A stretch of 64,000 bases of DNA. Source: Eledone cirrhosa. Lineage: Eukaryota. The notes under the pieces are model-generated. The model did not search any database. It saw nothing but the letters and a program-made list of their open reading frames with translations, and had not been told where the DNA came from. The position numbers and the translations under genes are program-made. Position 1 is the stretch's first letter, and each line of letters starts with the position of its first letter. The stretch spans positions 3,782,001-3,846,000 of the forward strand of contig OZ024761.1 in NCBI GenBank assembly GCA_964016885.1, written 5' to 3'. Shown here piece by piece: positions 12,296 to 25,008 of the stretch.

Positions 12296-14177
12296 CACAC
12301 CACCATACCACACCACACCACACCACACACATCACACCACACCACACTACACCACACCACACAACACCACACCACACCACACTACACTACACCACACTAC
12401 ACCACACCACACTACACCACACCACACTACACCACACTACACTACACCACACCACACCACACCGCACTACACAACACCACACCACACCACACCACACACA
12501 TCACATCACACCACACTACACCACACTACACCACACCACACCACACCACACTACACCACACTACACTACACCACGCCACACACATCACACCACACCACAC
12601 TACACCACACCACACTACATCACACCACACCACACCACACTTAACCACACTACACCACACCACTCTACACCAGACTACACCACACCACACCACACTACAA
12701 CACAGCACACTGTACTATACCACACCACACTACACTACACTACACTACACCACACTATACCACACCACACTACACCACACTACACCACACCATACCACAC
12801 AACACTACACCACACTACACTACACTACACCACACCATACCACAACACACCACACCACACCATACCACACTACACTACACCACACACCATACCACACTAC
12901 ACTACACCACACACCACTACACTACACCACACCACACTACACCACACCACATCACACCACACTACACTACACCCCACTACACCACACCACACTACACCAC
13001 ACCATACTACACCACACCACATACAACCCACACCACACCATACCACACTACACCCACCACACCAGTAGTGTGCTGTAGTGTGTGTTGTAGTATGGGTTGT
13101 AGTGTAGTGTTTTGTGGTGAAGTGTGGTGTGGTGTGGTGTGGTGTGGTGAAGTGTGGTGTAGTGTGGTTTAGTGTAGTGTGGTGGGGTGTGGTGTAGTGT
13201 GGTGTAGTATAGTGTGATGGGGTGTGGTATAGTGTAGTGTAGTGTGGTGGGGTGGGGGTATAGTGTAGTGTGGTGGGGTGGGGGTATAGTGTAGTGTGGT
13301 GGGGTGTGGTGTAGTGTGGTGTAGTGTGGTGTAGTGTGGTGTGTTGTAGTGTGATGTAGTGTGGTATGGTGTAGTGTAGTGTAGTGTGGTGTGGTGTAGT
13401 GTGGTATGGTGTAGTGTAATGTGGTGTGGTATAGTGTGGTGTGGTGTGTTGTAGTGTGGTGTGTTGTAGTGTGGTGTGTTGTAGTGTGATGTAGTGTGGT
13501 GTGTTGTGGTGTGGTGTGGTGTAGTGTGGTGTGTTGTGGTGTGTTGTAGTGTGGTGTAGTGTATTGTAGTGTGTTGTGGTGTAGTGTAGTGTAGTGTGGT
13601 GTGGTGTGGTGTGGTGTAGTGTAGTGTATTGTAGTGTGGTGTGTTGTAGTGTGATGTAGTGTGGTGTGTTGTGGTGTGGTGTGGTGTAGTGTGGTGTGTT
13701 GTGGTGTGGTGTGTTGTAGTGTGGTGTAGTGTATTGTAGTGTAGTGTGGTGTAGTGTAGTGTAGTGTAGTGTGGTGTAGTGTGGTGTGTTGTGGTGTGGT
13801 GTGTTGTAGTGTGGTGTAGTGTATTGTAGTGTGGTGTGTTGTAGTGTGGTGTGGTGTGGTGTAGTGTGGTGTGTTGTGGTGTGGTGTGTTGTAGTGTGGT
13901 GTAGTGTAGTGTATTGTATTGTAGTGTAGTGTAGTGTAGTGTGGTGTAGTGTGGTGTGTTGTGGTGTGGTGTGTTGTAGTGTGGTGTAGTGTATTGTAGT
14001 GTGGTGTGTTGTAGTGTGATGTAGTGTGGTGTGGTGTGGTGTAGTGTGGTGTGTTGTGGTGTGGTGTGTTGTAGTGTGGTATAGTGTATTGTAGTGTAGT
14101 GTGGTGTGGTGTAGTGTAGTGTAGTGTGGTGTGTTGTGGTGTGGTGTAGTGTAGTGTGGTGTAGTATAGTGTGGTGT
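12296..14177. repeat. Inverted pentanucleotide arrays: (CACCA/CACTA)n followed by (TGGTG/TAGTG)n
   Basis: The strand of the same repeat flips at ~13064. Confidence 0.92.
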
Positions 14178-14565
14178 GACATTAAACTACATCCAGTGGC
14201 AAGGCTCCAGTTCGGGAGTTCAGGAGCTGTGGGGAATGTGGAGTTACCCCTTAGTTGTCATAACTCCCAGGTCTGCTCTGGCCCGGAGTAGTAGTACCTG
14301 TTAGGGCCCCGTTTGTGGGTTAAATAATTACCTTATTCAAGTGGCACCGGTAAGGTATTGTCAGCCATTGAAAAGAACCATGGAGAGTCTATTTAACAGC
14401 ACTAGGGTTAGAGCCCCTAACTACACTGTCAAGGAGCAGTCTGGTCATTATGTCTCTGCTGGGTTAGAGCCACAGGGAGGGCCAGTGGATGATGGATCAG
14501 CTGTCTCTGAGACAAATATAAAGAATGCAGTTTTTTATCTCAGGAATTTTAGCCGCCCTATATAT

Positions 14566-14886
<321 letters not shown>

Positions 14887-15574
14887 CAAACATAAATTAT
14901 CGAGATTTGCATTTCGGCCCATGAAATAACGAAAAACAACCTCCGAGATGAACCAGAGCTATAACAAACGTTAAAGGCCAAACACACTGAGACGATGGTT
15001 AAACAATCATTCGTATACCTAAAAAAAACGATCAAGTAATTCAGGTATTGAAAATTTACCCGGACCCCTGGAAGGTTGGTAAAATCCAGTATATGGGTTT
15101 CTGTGGCTCCTAAATCAAGTACCGTCCGTCTACATAAATAATGTCAGGCTTCTGGTAAGATGATTGAACAAGGAAGCCACTTTCTCAACAGGTTTTAGTT
15201 CAATGTTAATACAAGGACTGACTATTGCTGACCCACATGGGGATCGGCAAGGGAGGAAACCCCTATATCAGGCGAATGAATTCAGTTGTGTATATTTTTG
15301 CAAGAATGCAAAAACATCACAAATCGAATAGAGTTCTCAACAGAGGGGTTAAAATTAACATAAGCTATTCATCAGTCAATAGAATCAACTAAAAAATCAA
15401 GAAAATTAACTGGTCAATAGCTAGAGTCTGGAGAATAATATATATATATATATAATATAATAATAATAATAAATTTGAAGACTAAAATGCAAAGAGGGCT
15501 CGATAAGGATAAATATATATCAAATATATAAGAACCGTAGAGCAAATATTTATGGGTTAAATAATTACCTTACT

Positions 15575-17400
15575 TGTTTCTTTGAGGCTTTCCCGTCTAT
15601 CTACTAACGAGCATATTTTCAACGACCATTCCACTTATTACAATGAAGCTCTTGCACGGAGTGGATTTGTCGATAAGGTAGCATATACAGAGTACGAGAA
15701 TAGACCTAGAAGAAATAGATCCCGACGCATTATATGGTATAACCCACCATATAATAAGGAGGTGGCCACACCATTAGCTAAGATCTTTCTCTCCCTTATT
15801 ACAAAACATTTTCCCCCTACACATAAATATAGTAAAATTTTTAATAGAAATACTATTAAAATTTCTTACTCTACGACTCCTAACCTTGCACATAACATCA
15901 CAGCTTCAAATTTAGCTAAACTACCTAGCCGTAGGAACACGTGCAGCCTTGTAGTTAGTAATAACTGTAATTGTAGGACTCGGGTTGACTGCCCCCTATC
16001 CGGGAAATGCCTCTCTAGTAACATTGTCTATAAATGTAAGGTCGAAACACCCACGACTAGTAGGGCCTATATAAGGTTAACCACCAATAGATTCAAGCAG
16101 CGTCTTTACATGCATACCCATTCTTTTCTTAACCCTTTAAGAAGGAATATGAAGTCACTTTCAGCTTATATCTGGAGTCTGAAAGACACACCACACCCAA
16201 TATAAGTTACACTGGGAGATCCTAGCTAGGGCTAGATCGTATAATGGAAATAAAAGACCATGTGACCTCTGTGCCGCTGAGGCCCTGGAAATACTCTACG
16301 CCACAGACCACATCTTAAACAAAAAATCTGAGGCAATTTCGGCTTGTAAACATAAATTGCACAAAACTTTCCTGTATTACAGCCCCACATTATACCCTAA
16401 CGGATAGTACGATCTATACGCGGATATTTTACTTCTTGATGTGGTAGCTAAGTATATGTTATGTTTATACTATTACTTATTTGTATAGGTTAGTGTATAT
16501 TACCTGTATGTTTTGTGAAGGTATGTATACTTTCTCGTACGTATATTTGATTGTATATGTTATGGCGTATATTTTATATATTCTGGTACATATGCTTTTG
16601 GTTATGTGTATACGTGAGTTTCGCGTCTGTGTGAGTATGCGGGTTTGTACGTATGTTGGGTGTGTATATGTGTACTTTGTGTTTTGGTTGACGTTCGTCT
16701 CCGAACATATGTGTATTTACGTGTAGGTATGTGTGTGCGCTTGTTATATACGTATTTATTTATTTATATACGTTTATTTAATTATTTGTATACACGCACA
16801 CACACACATATATATGTGCATGTATTTGTATACCTATGGCGAGTGTTTTCGCGTATGCTTGTGTATGTACGTATATGGATGCGTGTATGTATTTATTTAA
16901 TTTCAATTACCTCTGTATTTTATTTACTTTATTCTTAACTCTGAAGCCAAGAATCATTCGGTTTCCTAGTTAGAATTTTAGTCTACGACTTCAGTTATAC
17001 CATTTACGTGTTTTTGTCTTTGCGTGCAATTGTTCTCCCGCTCCACATATAACGTATTATCTTTGTTTTTTCCGTTCATTGCCAGAGAACGTCTCTATGA
17101 ACCACCTAATAGAATACTAGTCTACGACTTCTTTTATACCATAAACGTGGTTCTGTCTTTGCGTGTAATTGTTTTTCACCGCTCCAAATAATGACGTATT
17201 ATATTCGTTTTTTCCCGTTCTTTGCCAGGGAACGTTTCCACGAACCAAAGTATCATCTTCCTGTCTTCCTCCGGTTGCAACCTTTTTTGAAATATTTACT
17301 TCTGCGTTCACAGATTGACTTTTTTAGTTTCAGAAGATCCCATTAAGGGTGAAAGCAGCGATTCTTTGCTTAAACTTTAATCTGTTATTTTAATAAATAT
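15575..17400 (+). mobile_element. 5'-truncated Penelope-like retroelement (GIY-YIG endonuclease end, probably Naiad-type) with 3' UTR and hammerhead-like motif
   Basis: ORF 15582..16205 has WYNPPY, KIFNRNTIKISYS, a CxC-x5-C-x5-C linker and a degenerate GIY-YIG (NIVY...AYI). After a frameshift it reads WEILARARSY...CDLC..E...LNKKSE...CKH. Tandem ~140-bp duplication at 16980-17245. Confidence 0.85.
17311..17384 (+). ncRNA. Type I hammerhead-fold motif with variant core CAGAAGA
   Basis: agttt-CAGAAGA-tccc(attaa)gggt-GAAA-gca(...)tgc-TT-aaact, with distal pairing cagattga/ttaatctg. Copies at 34220-34294 and ~41002-41060. Confidence 0.55.
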
Positions 17401-17431
17401 ATATATAATATATATATATAGAAAATGAAGA

Positions 17432-17678
17432 AAGTGGGGTAAGGAACTAGGTGGACCATAACGCACCAGAGTACTCAATACTTAGGGTAGTAGAGTGGGT
17501 AATGAGTCAAGACGGCTTGAGCTCTGTTGTTGGGGTCTTGAACATTTTCCTATATATATATAGTATGAGCTTGAGCTCAGCCGTCGGGGTCCTACTCGTT
17601 CCTATTACCCACTCTACTACCCTAAATATTGAGTACTTTGGTGCGTTATGGTCCACCTGGTTCCTTACCACATTTCCT
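17432..17678. repeat. Inverted repeat (~70-bp arms) in (TA)n context, likely an inverted transposon terminus
   Basis: GGTAAGGAACTAGGTGGACCATAACGCACC...GGGTAAT mirrored by ATTACCC...GGTGCGTTATGGTCCACCTGGTTCCTTACC. Confidence 0.7.
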
Positions 17679-18289
17679 TTGTTATATATATATATATATA
17701 TGTGCGCGTGTGCATGTATAAGTATATATATATATATACATGTGTGTGTGTGTGTATATATATATGTGTGTGTGTTTGTGTATATATATGTGTGTATATA
17801 TATATATATATGCGTGTGTGTGTATATATATGTGTGTATATGTGTGAATCAGTTTCAAACGAGGTCTATACACACCTTATATACACACTAACGTGTTTAA
17901 TCTCTCACAACACCAATTGGATGTCAAACTCATTCCAAGATCTGTATATATAAGATTATAAAATAACAATAATATTTACATTTGAGTCTTTTTACCTCAG
18001 AACTAATATTGTCTTTAAATATTTCACTATTGTTTTTAAATATTTCAGTAATGTCTTTAAATATTTCAGTAATGTCTTTAAATATTTCAGTAATGTCTTT
18101 AGATATTTTCATATATCGATATTGTTTGACCTGTCTTCTTATATGCAGGGGTTGAAGCATACATCTAGTATGTACGACCTTACCCCTAGCTCCCTTCCAT
18201 ACACCTCCCAACACCTTAACACTCAACACATGTCCTAACACCCCATCTTTTACCCATGTCCTTACACCCCACTGTCCCAGTCTACATTG

Positions 18290-18985
18290 TTGTGGTCGTT
18301 TTGGTGTCACAACATATAGTGCCTAGCCCACACTGTAAAGTGGTTGTGTTGGTGTCCAGACAAAAAGGACCCAGCCCACACTGTAAAGTGGTTGTGTTGG
18401 TGTCCAGACAAAAAGGACCCAGCCCACACTGTAAAGTGGTTATGTTGGTGTCCAGACAAAAAGGACCCAGTCCACACTGTAAAGTGGTTATGTTGGTGTC
18501 CAGACAAAAAGGATCCAGTCCACACTGTAAAGTGGTTATGTTGGTGTCCAGACAAAAAGCACCCAGTCCACACTGTAAAGTGGTCATGTTGGTGTTCAGA
18601 CAAAAAGCACCCAGTCCACACTGTAAAGTGGTCATGTTGGTGTCCAGACAAAAAGCACCCAGTCCACACTATAAAGTGGTCATGTTGGTGTCCAGACAAA
18701 AGGCACCCAGCCCACTCAGTAAAGTGGTCATGTTGGTGTCCAGACAAAAAGCACCCAGCCCACTCAGTAAAGTGGTCATGGAGGTGCCACAACAAAAAGC
18801 ACCCAGCCCACTCAGTAAATGTGGTTAGTGTAAGGAAGGGCATCCAGCCGTAGAAATCTAACCAGAAACAGTTCTATATGAGCAAGACACAGTCATCTGA
18901 CCTGATTTGTCCCAAATAGGACAACTCATCTAATCTATGCCTGTATGGAAAATGTTAAACGCTGATGATAATGATGATGATGATA
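18290..18985 (+). repeat. 48-bp minisatellite (~11 units) expanded inside a SINE/RTE-tail element
   Basis: Unit CCCAGTCCACACTGTAAAGTGGTCATGTTGGTGTCCAGACAAAAAGCA. The array runs into GTAAGGAAGGGCATCCAGCCGTAGAAA and a (TGA)n tail. Confidence 0.85.
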
Positions 18986-19818
18986 TTAAGGTATGGTTTA
19001 ATTTAACCCAGAGACCTAGGTACATTCCTCTCACTGCAATCCCAGGTTTCCTTCATCTGTCCCCCATTTTAAATTGTCATCAAGTAATTTTTCACCTAAG
19101 CTCTATATTAACATGACCAAGCTTTATAAATTTCAATAATTCTATTGTCCCAAACTGGATTAACCCTTTAGCATTTAAACTGGCCATATCTGGCCAGAAT
19201 TCTCTCACCTCTTTCTATTCAAACCAGCTGTAGCCAGCTGCTCATACTTATGTTAAGGTATTGTTCTCAAAATAAATAATAGGAAAATCTCGTAGATATG
19301 ATATTATGTGAGATATTATGTGAGATAAAGTGTTTACCATGAAAATACAATAGTATATATAGAGTAATGTAAATGTTATGTGAGATATTATGTGAGGTAA
19401 AGTCTTTACTGTGAAAATACAATAGTATATATAGAGTAATGTAAATGTTATGTGAGATATTATGTAAGGTAAAGCCTTTACTGTGAAAATATAATAATAT
19501 ATATAGAGTACTGTAAATGTTATGTGAGATATTATGTAAGGTAAAGCCTTTACTGTAAAAATATAATAGTATGTATAGAGTGGTTTCTTTATTTGCCACT
19601 AGGGCACAAAAGGTAGGGACAGATACAAGGGGGGAAGTTTACATATAATTAACGAGTACAAAAATATAACAATGAAATAACAACAACAAACGAAGTCCTC
19701 AATAGGGAGGGGGCATTAACATGGGTCGCACACACCCCGGAAAAAATGTGTAACCCTTCTCCTCAGGAGCACAAAGAGTAGGTGCTTCCCTCGTCTCCGC
19801 TTTTTCCTCTTCTTTCAC

Positions 19819-22800
19819 CTACAGGCTGATATAGAGAGAAGACCCATTCACTCTGGCCATTCTCCCTACTTTCACCCACCTTTCATAAAACTTGCTGGGG
19901 TAGAGCACCTCTCTCTCCATTCTGATCCTTCTTTTAAAATGGTATTTGAAAAAGGGGACCAGTTGTTGGCCGGAGAGAAAGGTGTCTGACCTCAGCCCTT
20001 TCAGCCTCGTCCACCATACAACTTCTTTAGCCATGGCTACCACACAGAGAAAAACCGCCTCTCCTTCGTTTTTGAAAGGGGGAGGCGGTTTGATCGTGAC
20101 AATGGACTCGGTGGTCAACCGGATTGGTCCCACCCTCGACAGTAGTCGTTCCACATAGCCCCACAGGTCAGCAATGCCTGGGCAGTGTACGAATGCGTGC
20201 GCAACGGTTTCGTCATCATGCACGCATCTCGGACAGATCTTATTCAAAGGATCTCTACCCAGGCTCCCATGCCTGTGGAGCTTGTCTCGAACGGGTAGAG
20301 CCCCTCGGTAGCACTGCCAAGCCAGGGACTTTTGGAAGTTGTCCATCGGTCCAGGGCCAAACGTCCTACCGAACAGACTGGCCAGTTCATCTTCCTCCAT
20401 GCCTAGAGCTTCTCCGAGAGCATCGTCGCACCTGCTGCGTACCAACCCTCTATAGAATGTCGAGGTGGAGTCTCCACTGATTGCCGGGTCCGCTTTCCAG
20501 AGGGCCGTGAGCGCCTGGGCACATTCAATGTGCCAGTCGTCCACTTTTCTCGGTCTTTGCTTGACCCAGGATTGCAGCTCGGTGAGCGAGACGAGTCTGG
20601 GAAAGGCTCGCCTCACAAACGGGGCCCACACCGGTTGACCGGTGAGGAATACCTGGAGGTGCCGTAGCCTTAATGCGTGTTTACGCATCTGTAGCCACGG
20701 CATCCCCAGCCCTCCTTTCGAAGGGTGTTGACAGCAGATGGATCTCCTCACCAAAGGGGTCCGCTTGTTCCAAAGAAATTGGAACAGCGCGCACTCCATT
20801 TTGGCGAGTCTTTTCACTGGGCAAGGCACGACGGTCAAGCGGTAGTAGATGACGGATGCTATATAAGTATTCGCCACCTCCGCTCGACCTTTCAGGGATA
20901 GTTTGCACTGGGCCCACTTCTGGGTGAGTGCAAACACCCTGGCCGTTACCTCGTTCCAGTTTTTCTCCACCTGGAGGTCTGGTCCGAACCAGACCCCAAG
21001 CAGCTTCACCGGGCCCTCCGTCCAGCGTCCGACGACGTCGTTGGAGGGCATCGGTTTGCCTCTCCATGTTCCGAGTTGCAAACCGACGGACTTGTCCCGG
21101 TTCAGCTTGGCTCCTGTAAACCTTTCATATTCCTCCAGTAAGGTGCCGATCTCACCGATTTGCGAGGTTTTCGACACCATTACTGTCACGTCATCGGCGT
21201 AGGCCGACGCCGCTTTCTGCAATCCCGGTTCCAAAGGGATGCCCTGCAACCGCTCCAACTTCCGCAGTAGTGGCTCAAGAGCCAGCACATACAGTAGGGA
21301 GGAGAGAGGGCATCCCTGTCGGATGGATCGCATGATTTGGAACGGCTCCGAGAGGTGGCCGTTCACCTTGACCCTTGAGCAGACGTTGCTGCTGTGCATC
21401 GCAGCAATCCAACCCCTGAAAACGGGTCCGAAGCCTGCCGCCGCGAGCACCGCATCCAGGTAACGATGGTCAACCCTATCGAAAGCTTTAGATTGATCCA
21501 AGTTGATCAGGGCCCCACCAAAGCCGGGTTCATTCCCTACCCTCTCTATGATGTATCGCATAAGGTGGAGATTGTCGTGAATGGACCTGGACGGGATTGC
21601 GCATGTCTGCGCTTCTCCCACCAGGTTTCCAACGACAAGCGCCAACCTCTTCGCTAACACCTTGGCCAAAATCTTTAACTCTGTATTTAGCAGAGTTATG
21701 GGCCTGAAGTTACTTATGTCATCCCCCTTGTTCTCATCCTTCCTCACCAGCGTAACTACGCCCTTGGTCACAGAACTGGGAATTCTCCCGTTCTGCTGCC
21801 AGTTGCAGTAGACCGCTTCGAGGATATCGGAGAACAAGTCCGGCATCGCTACATATAGCTCGTATGGTAGACCATCGAGACCCGGGGATTTGCGTTTGCC
21901 GCATTGGCTCAGCGCCGCCCCTATCTCAGCAGCTGAAATCGTCCTTTCGCAGGACTTCGCCTCCGCGTCCGAGAGGCGCGGCAGACCGTCGAGGTATGGA
22001 TTGAAATCCATAGTCTCACCCGGCGCGCCGCCCCTCTCGAACAGTCGTGCAAAGTGCCGCTGAAAGGCCGCACACATCTGCCCAGGTTCAAGGATCACAC
22101 GCCCATCCTGGTCCTTCAAAGACCGAATCGTGGACTTGTTCCCACTTTTTGCCTCTGTCACTCGGGCCCAGCTTACAGCTTTGGCTCCCTCATTACCCAG
22201 AGCACGTATTTTACTCCTGACAACGCAGCCTTCATGCTTCACCTCAAAGAACTGGTCTAAGGCCATTCTTGATGCCAGCACGCCGGCTACATTGCCACTC
22301 CTAATCGCCTCTTCTACTCTATCTACTAATTCCCTTTCCGTCTTGTTCCTATCCCTTGCTAATTCCTGACTAAAACCTATCGATTCTATTCTAATTGCTC
22401 TCTTAAGAGAGCTCCACCACCTGTTGTTGACAATTGCCCCTGTCAAATTCTGCTTAACTAACGTGCTAATCCGTTTACTGTAAGCTTTGCTTCTCGGTAA
22501 GGACAAGTTCAGCTTCCAGTAACCGGGTCCCTGTCTATGGGTTCTATCAAGGTTGGCTATGCAGGTCACTAACTTGTGATCCGAATAGTCAACCATGAAC
22601 ATTTTTGGACAGCTAAATGTGTCCCTATCGTTCTCTCTAACTAGGACCCTATCTAGGTACGACCTAGATGTTCCACTGCGATTGGTCCACGTCCATAGTG
22701 GTACAGTCGGAAAATCTAGTCGATATCTATCGGCCAGGTCAAATCGGCCGATTAACCTTTTGAGGCTTTTACACCCCCCTCTATTGGCACATGCCCCTAC

Positions 22801-23256
22801 ATAGTCCCAACGTGCATCCAGGATACCATTCCAGTCCCCCACTAAAAGCAAGGAGCGGGACGTTCCCAGAAAAGTTTCCAGACGTTGGAAGTATTCCGGC
22901 CGCGCTGCCCAAAAAGGGGCGTACACAGCTATTAGTCTAAGGGCTCCACTTTCACTACTGCCGACGTCTAAAACCACCAGTCGACCCTCCGGGTCCAGGT
23001 GCACCTTCTGTATGGCGAGGCCCAGGTGTTTTCGCAGCAGAACGACAACTCCACCCCCACCCCCCGGTTGACAGAGAGATGCGAAGATCTCAAAGTCGTC
23101 GAAGAGGGGCGCCAGTTGGTGCTCGCTGCTGATCCTGGACTCGCAAATAGCCATTACATCCATTCTATGTGACCTGAGATCGTTTAAAAGTTTGCCTTGT
23201 TTCCAAGACAGTCCCAGGCCACGTACATTCAGAAACCCAACTCTTATATCAGCCAT
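19819..23256 (-). CDS. LINE ORF2: APE endonuclease + reverse transcriptase + C-terminal Cys/His zinc finger (1145 aa)
   Basis: APE motifs NVRGL, ICES, GDWN, SYLDRV, SDH. RT motifs KSPGLDGLPYE, NFRPITLLN, KAFDRV, RQGCPLS, YADD. Zinc finger CPRC-x8-H-x4-C. Confidence 0.97.
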   Translation of the reverse strand: MADIRVGFLNVRGLGLSWKQGKLLNDLRSHRMDVMAICESRISSEHQLAPLFDDFEIFASLCQPGGGGGVVVLLRKHLGLAIQKVHLDPEGRLVVLDVGSSESGALRLIAVYAPFWAARPEYFQRLETFLGTSRSLLLVGDWNGILDARWDYVGACANRGGCKSLKRLIGRFDLADRYRLDFPTVPLWTWTNRSGTSRSYLDRVLVRENDRDTFSCPKMFMVDYSDHKLVTCIANLDRTHRQGPGYWKLNLSLPRSKAYSKRISTLVKQNLTGAIVNNRWWSSLKRAIRIESIGFSQELARDRNKTERELVDRVEEAIRSGNVAGVLASRMALDQFFEVKHEGCVVRSKIRALGNEGAKAVSWARVTEAKSGNKSTIRSLKDQDGRVILEPGQMCAAFQRHFARLFERGGAPGETMDFNPYLDGLPRLSDAEAKSCERTISAAEIGAALSQCGKRKSPGLDGLPYELYVAMPDLFSDILEAVYCNWQQNGRIPSSVTKGVVTLVRKDENKGDDISNFRPITLLNTELKILAKVLAKRLALVVGNLVGEAQTCAIPSRSIHDNLHLMRYIIERVGNEPGFGGALINLDQSKAFDRVDHRYLDAVLAAAGFGPVFRGWIAAMHSSNVCSRVKVNGHLSEPFQIMRSIRQGCPLSSLLYVLALEPLLRKLERLQGIPLEPGLQKAASAYADDVTVMVSKTSQIGEIGTLLEEYERFTGAKLNRDKSVGLQLGTWRGKPMPSNDVVGRWTEGPVKLLGVWFGPDLQVEKNWNEVTARVFALTQKWAQCKLSLKGRAEVANTYIASVIYYRLTVVPCPVKRLAKMECALFQFLWNKRTPLVRRSICCQHPSKGGLGMPWLQMRKHALRLRHLQVFLTGQPVWAPFVRRAFPRLVSLTELQSWVKQRPRKVDDWHIECAQALTALWKADPAISGDSTSTFYRGLVRSRCDDALGEALGMEEDELASLFGRTFGPGPMDNFQKSLAWQCYRGALPVRDKLHRHGSLGRDPLNKICPRCVHDDETVAHAFVHCPGIADLWGYVERLLSRVGPIRLTTESIVTIKPPPPFKNEGEAVFLCVVAMAKEVVWWTRLKGLRSDTFLSGQQLVPFFKYHFKRRIRMEREVLYPSKFYERWVKVGRMARVNGSSLYISL

Positions 23257-23277
23257 GTTGGTTAAAAGAGGAAGGAC

Positions 23278-25008
23278 CTACCTGTTCGGCTCCTGAGGAG
23301 CAGGTTGCACAATATCCATGGGCGTATTGGAGGGGTTGTTTGGTGGGGTGTTGTTCTGTGGTGGAGTGGGGGTGTTTGGTGAGGTGTGGGTGGGGAAACG
23401 TTTCAAGAGGACGCGGTTATAGGGTCGAGTACATGTTTTCCCCACGTCCTCAGGAAAGTTCTCTCTTAGTTTTGCATAGATGTCCATTGGGAGTCTTATC
23501 ATTTTTAAATGCGGTTTGTTGGCCGCGCTTGCAAAGAATTGCCCTTCAGTTTCCACCAAAGGGTCTTTGTGTATTGTTTTTACTAGTTCTTTGTTATTTG
23601 TGTTAATGTATGTATACTGTTTTATTTGTGTTGTGTTTGTTTGTTGTTCTTGTGTGTGCTTACGTTTTGTTGTATGTGTTATGTTTTGGGGTGGGGCGGA
23701 TTTTGTTTGTTCTGTTTGTTTTGTTTTTGTTGGTGGTTGTGTGTTTGTTTCGTTTATGTTCGAGTGGTGCTTTCTTTTTTTCCTTTTTACAGGTTGGAAG
23801 GGTTCCCCCTCTTCGTCACTAGGTGCCGTTTCCGCTGGGTCCTCGTCCGTGCTGTCGGGTAGTGGTGTATTTTGGGGTTTTGTTGTATTTGTGTGTGTTT
23901 TGGGAGTTGTTTTGGGTGGGGCCGTGTCTTGTGTTATTTTTCCCTGTTGTTTTTGTTGTTGTTGTGGTGGTGGTGGTGGAGGTGGTGGTGGCGGTGGTGG
24001 TGTGTGGGGTGTAGGCAAAAGAGCCTTTTTTTTTGTCAATTGAGGACAAGCAGCCCTTAGATGACCCCTGCTTGAACAGTAGTAACATATGGGCCTCCTA
24101 CCCTCGGCTGAAATATATATAAATGTTTCTCCATCGAGGGACACCCTCTGTGGTATTCTAGCGATTCGTTCTGGTCTCATTTGGACCAGAACCTCCACGC
24201 TCAAACCGCCGAAAACGTCTGTGGTGACTTCTCCTACTGAGAGGATTCCGTCCTCGTCTTCTAAAAATCCTGTTAGTACCCAGGAAATGCATGCATTTGG
24301 CCGGATTCCGGAGACCCTTATCTTCTGCGTTCTTTTCCCTAAATATGTGGGGAAAAATGTATATATCTTGGAAACAATTGGTGCCACAGAGTATTTCCTG
24401 GCCGTCAATTGATCCTTCATTAGGACCGTTATATTCCCATAGAGTGGCCCTTTTTGTATGAACGATATATCACTCCACACATTTTTTAGGACCAGCTCAA
24501 TCTCTTTTTGGGATAATTGAGTTGGTTTCCTTGTTATGTTTGAAATTGTTCTGAAAGATATCGTTCTTAGCGTCGTGTCTCTTTTGATTTCTTGTGGGGA
24601 GGTGATTGTGAAGTCTCCTCCTTCTTTGAAAGTTACATACTGTTTCGCTTCCTTCATCTTTTCTCTCAGAGTTGTAATGTCCAGTTGCTTGCAGGTTTGT
24701 GTTTTCCGGACCGCCTGTGCAAAGGAGGTACCAGTAGTGGGTTCACTTTGTTTGGTGTTATCGTTATTTTTTCCTTGGTTGGTGTTGTGACTATTGCTGT
24801 TATTGTCGTTGATGTTTTTGTCTGCGTTTATGTGACTTTCTGGGTTTTCACCCATTTCTACAAATTTTTCTTTTAATTCCGTGTTCCATGTTTCTTTTGC
24901 AGAAGTGAGGAGGGAAGACTTAGAGCCTTGTGCTTCTAGCTTCTCTGTATCACCTTTCTTAGGGGGCGTGGCTTTCACGTTAGGATGAGATGTGAAAATT
25001 CCGTCCAT
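23278..25008 (-). CDS. LINE ORF1 (gag-like, CCHC zinc knuckle, Pro/Thr-rich tail), ~576 aa from ATG 25008
   Basis: CYYCSSRGHLRAAC (CX2CX4HX4C), poly-Pro tract and basic KRKKRK. Ends 21 nt upstream of ORF2. Confidence 0.9.
   Translation of the reverse strand: MDGIFTSHPNVKATPPKKGDTEKLEAQGSKSSLLTSAKETWNTELKEKFVEMGENPESHINADKNINDNNSNSHNTNQGKNNDNTKQSEPTTGTSFAQAVRKTQTCKQLDITTLREKMKEAKQYVTFKEGGDFTITSPQEIKRDTTLRTISFRTISNITRKPTQLSQKEIELVLKNVWSDISFIQKGPLYGNITVLMKDQLTARKYSVAPIVSKIYTFFPTYLGKRTQKIRVSGIRPNACISWVLTGFLEDEDGILSVGEVTTDVFGGLSVEVLVQMRPERIARIPQRVSLDGETFIYISAEGRRPICYYCSSRGHLRAACPQLTKKKALLPTPHTPPPPPPPPPPPPQQQQKQQGKITQDTAPPKTTPKTHTNTTKPQNTPLPDSTDEDPAETAPSDEEGEPFQPVKRKKRKHHSNINETNTQPPTKTKQTEQTKSAPPQNITHTTKRKHTQEQQTNTTQIKQYTYINTNNKELVKTIHKDPLVETEGQFFASAANKPHLKMIRLPMDIYAKLRENFPEDVGKTCTRPYNRVLLKRFPTHTSPNTPTPPQNNTPPNNPSNTPMDIVQPAPQEPNR

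Noticed and set aside
19946-24876. Many short + strand ORFs overlapping the LINE
   Set aside because: They are antisense shadows of the GC-richer ORF1/ORF2 with no independent support.
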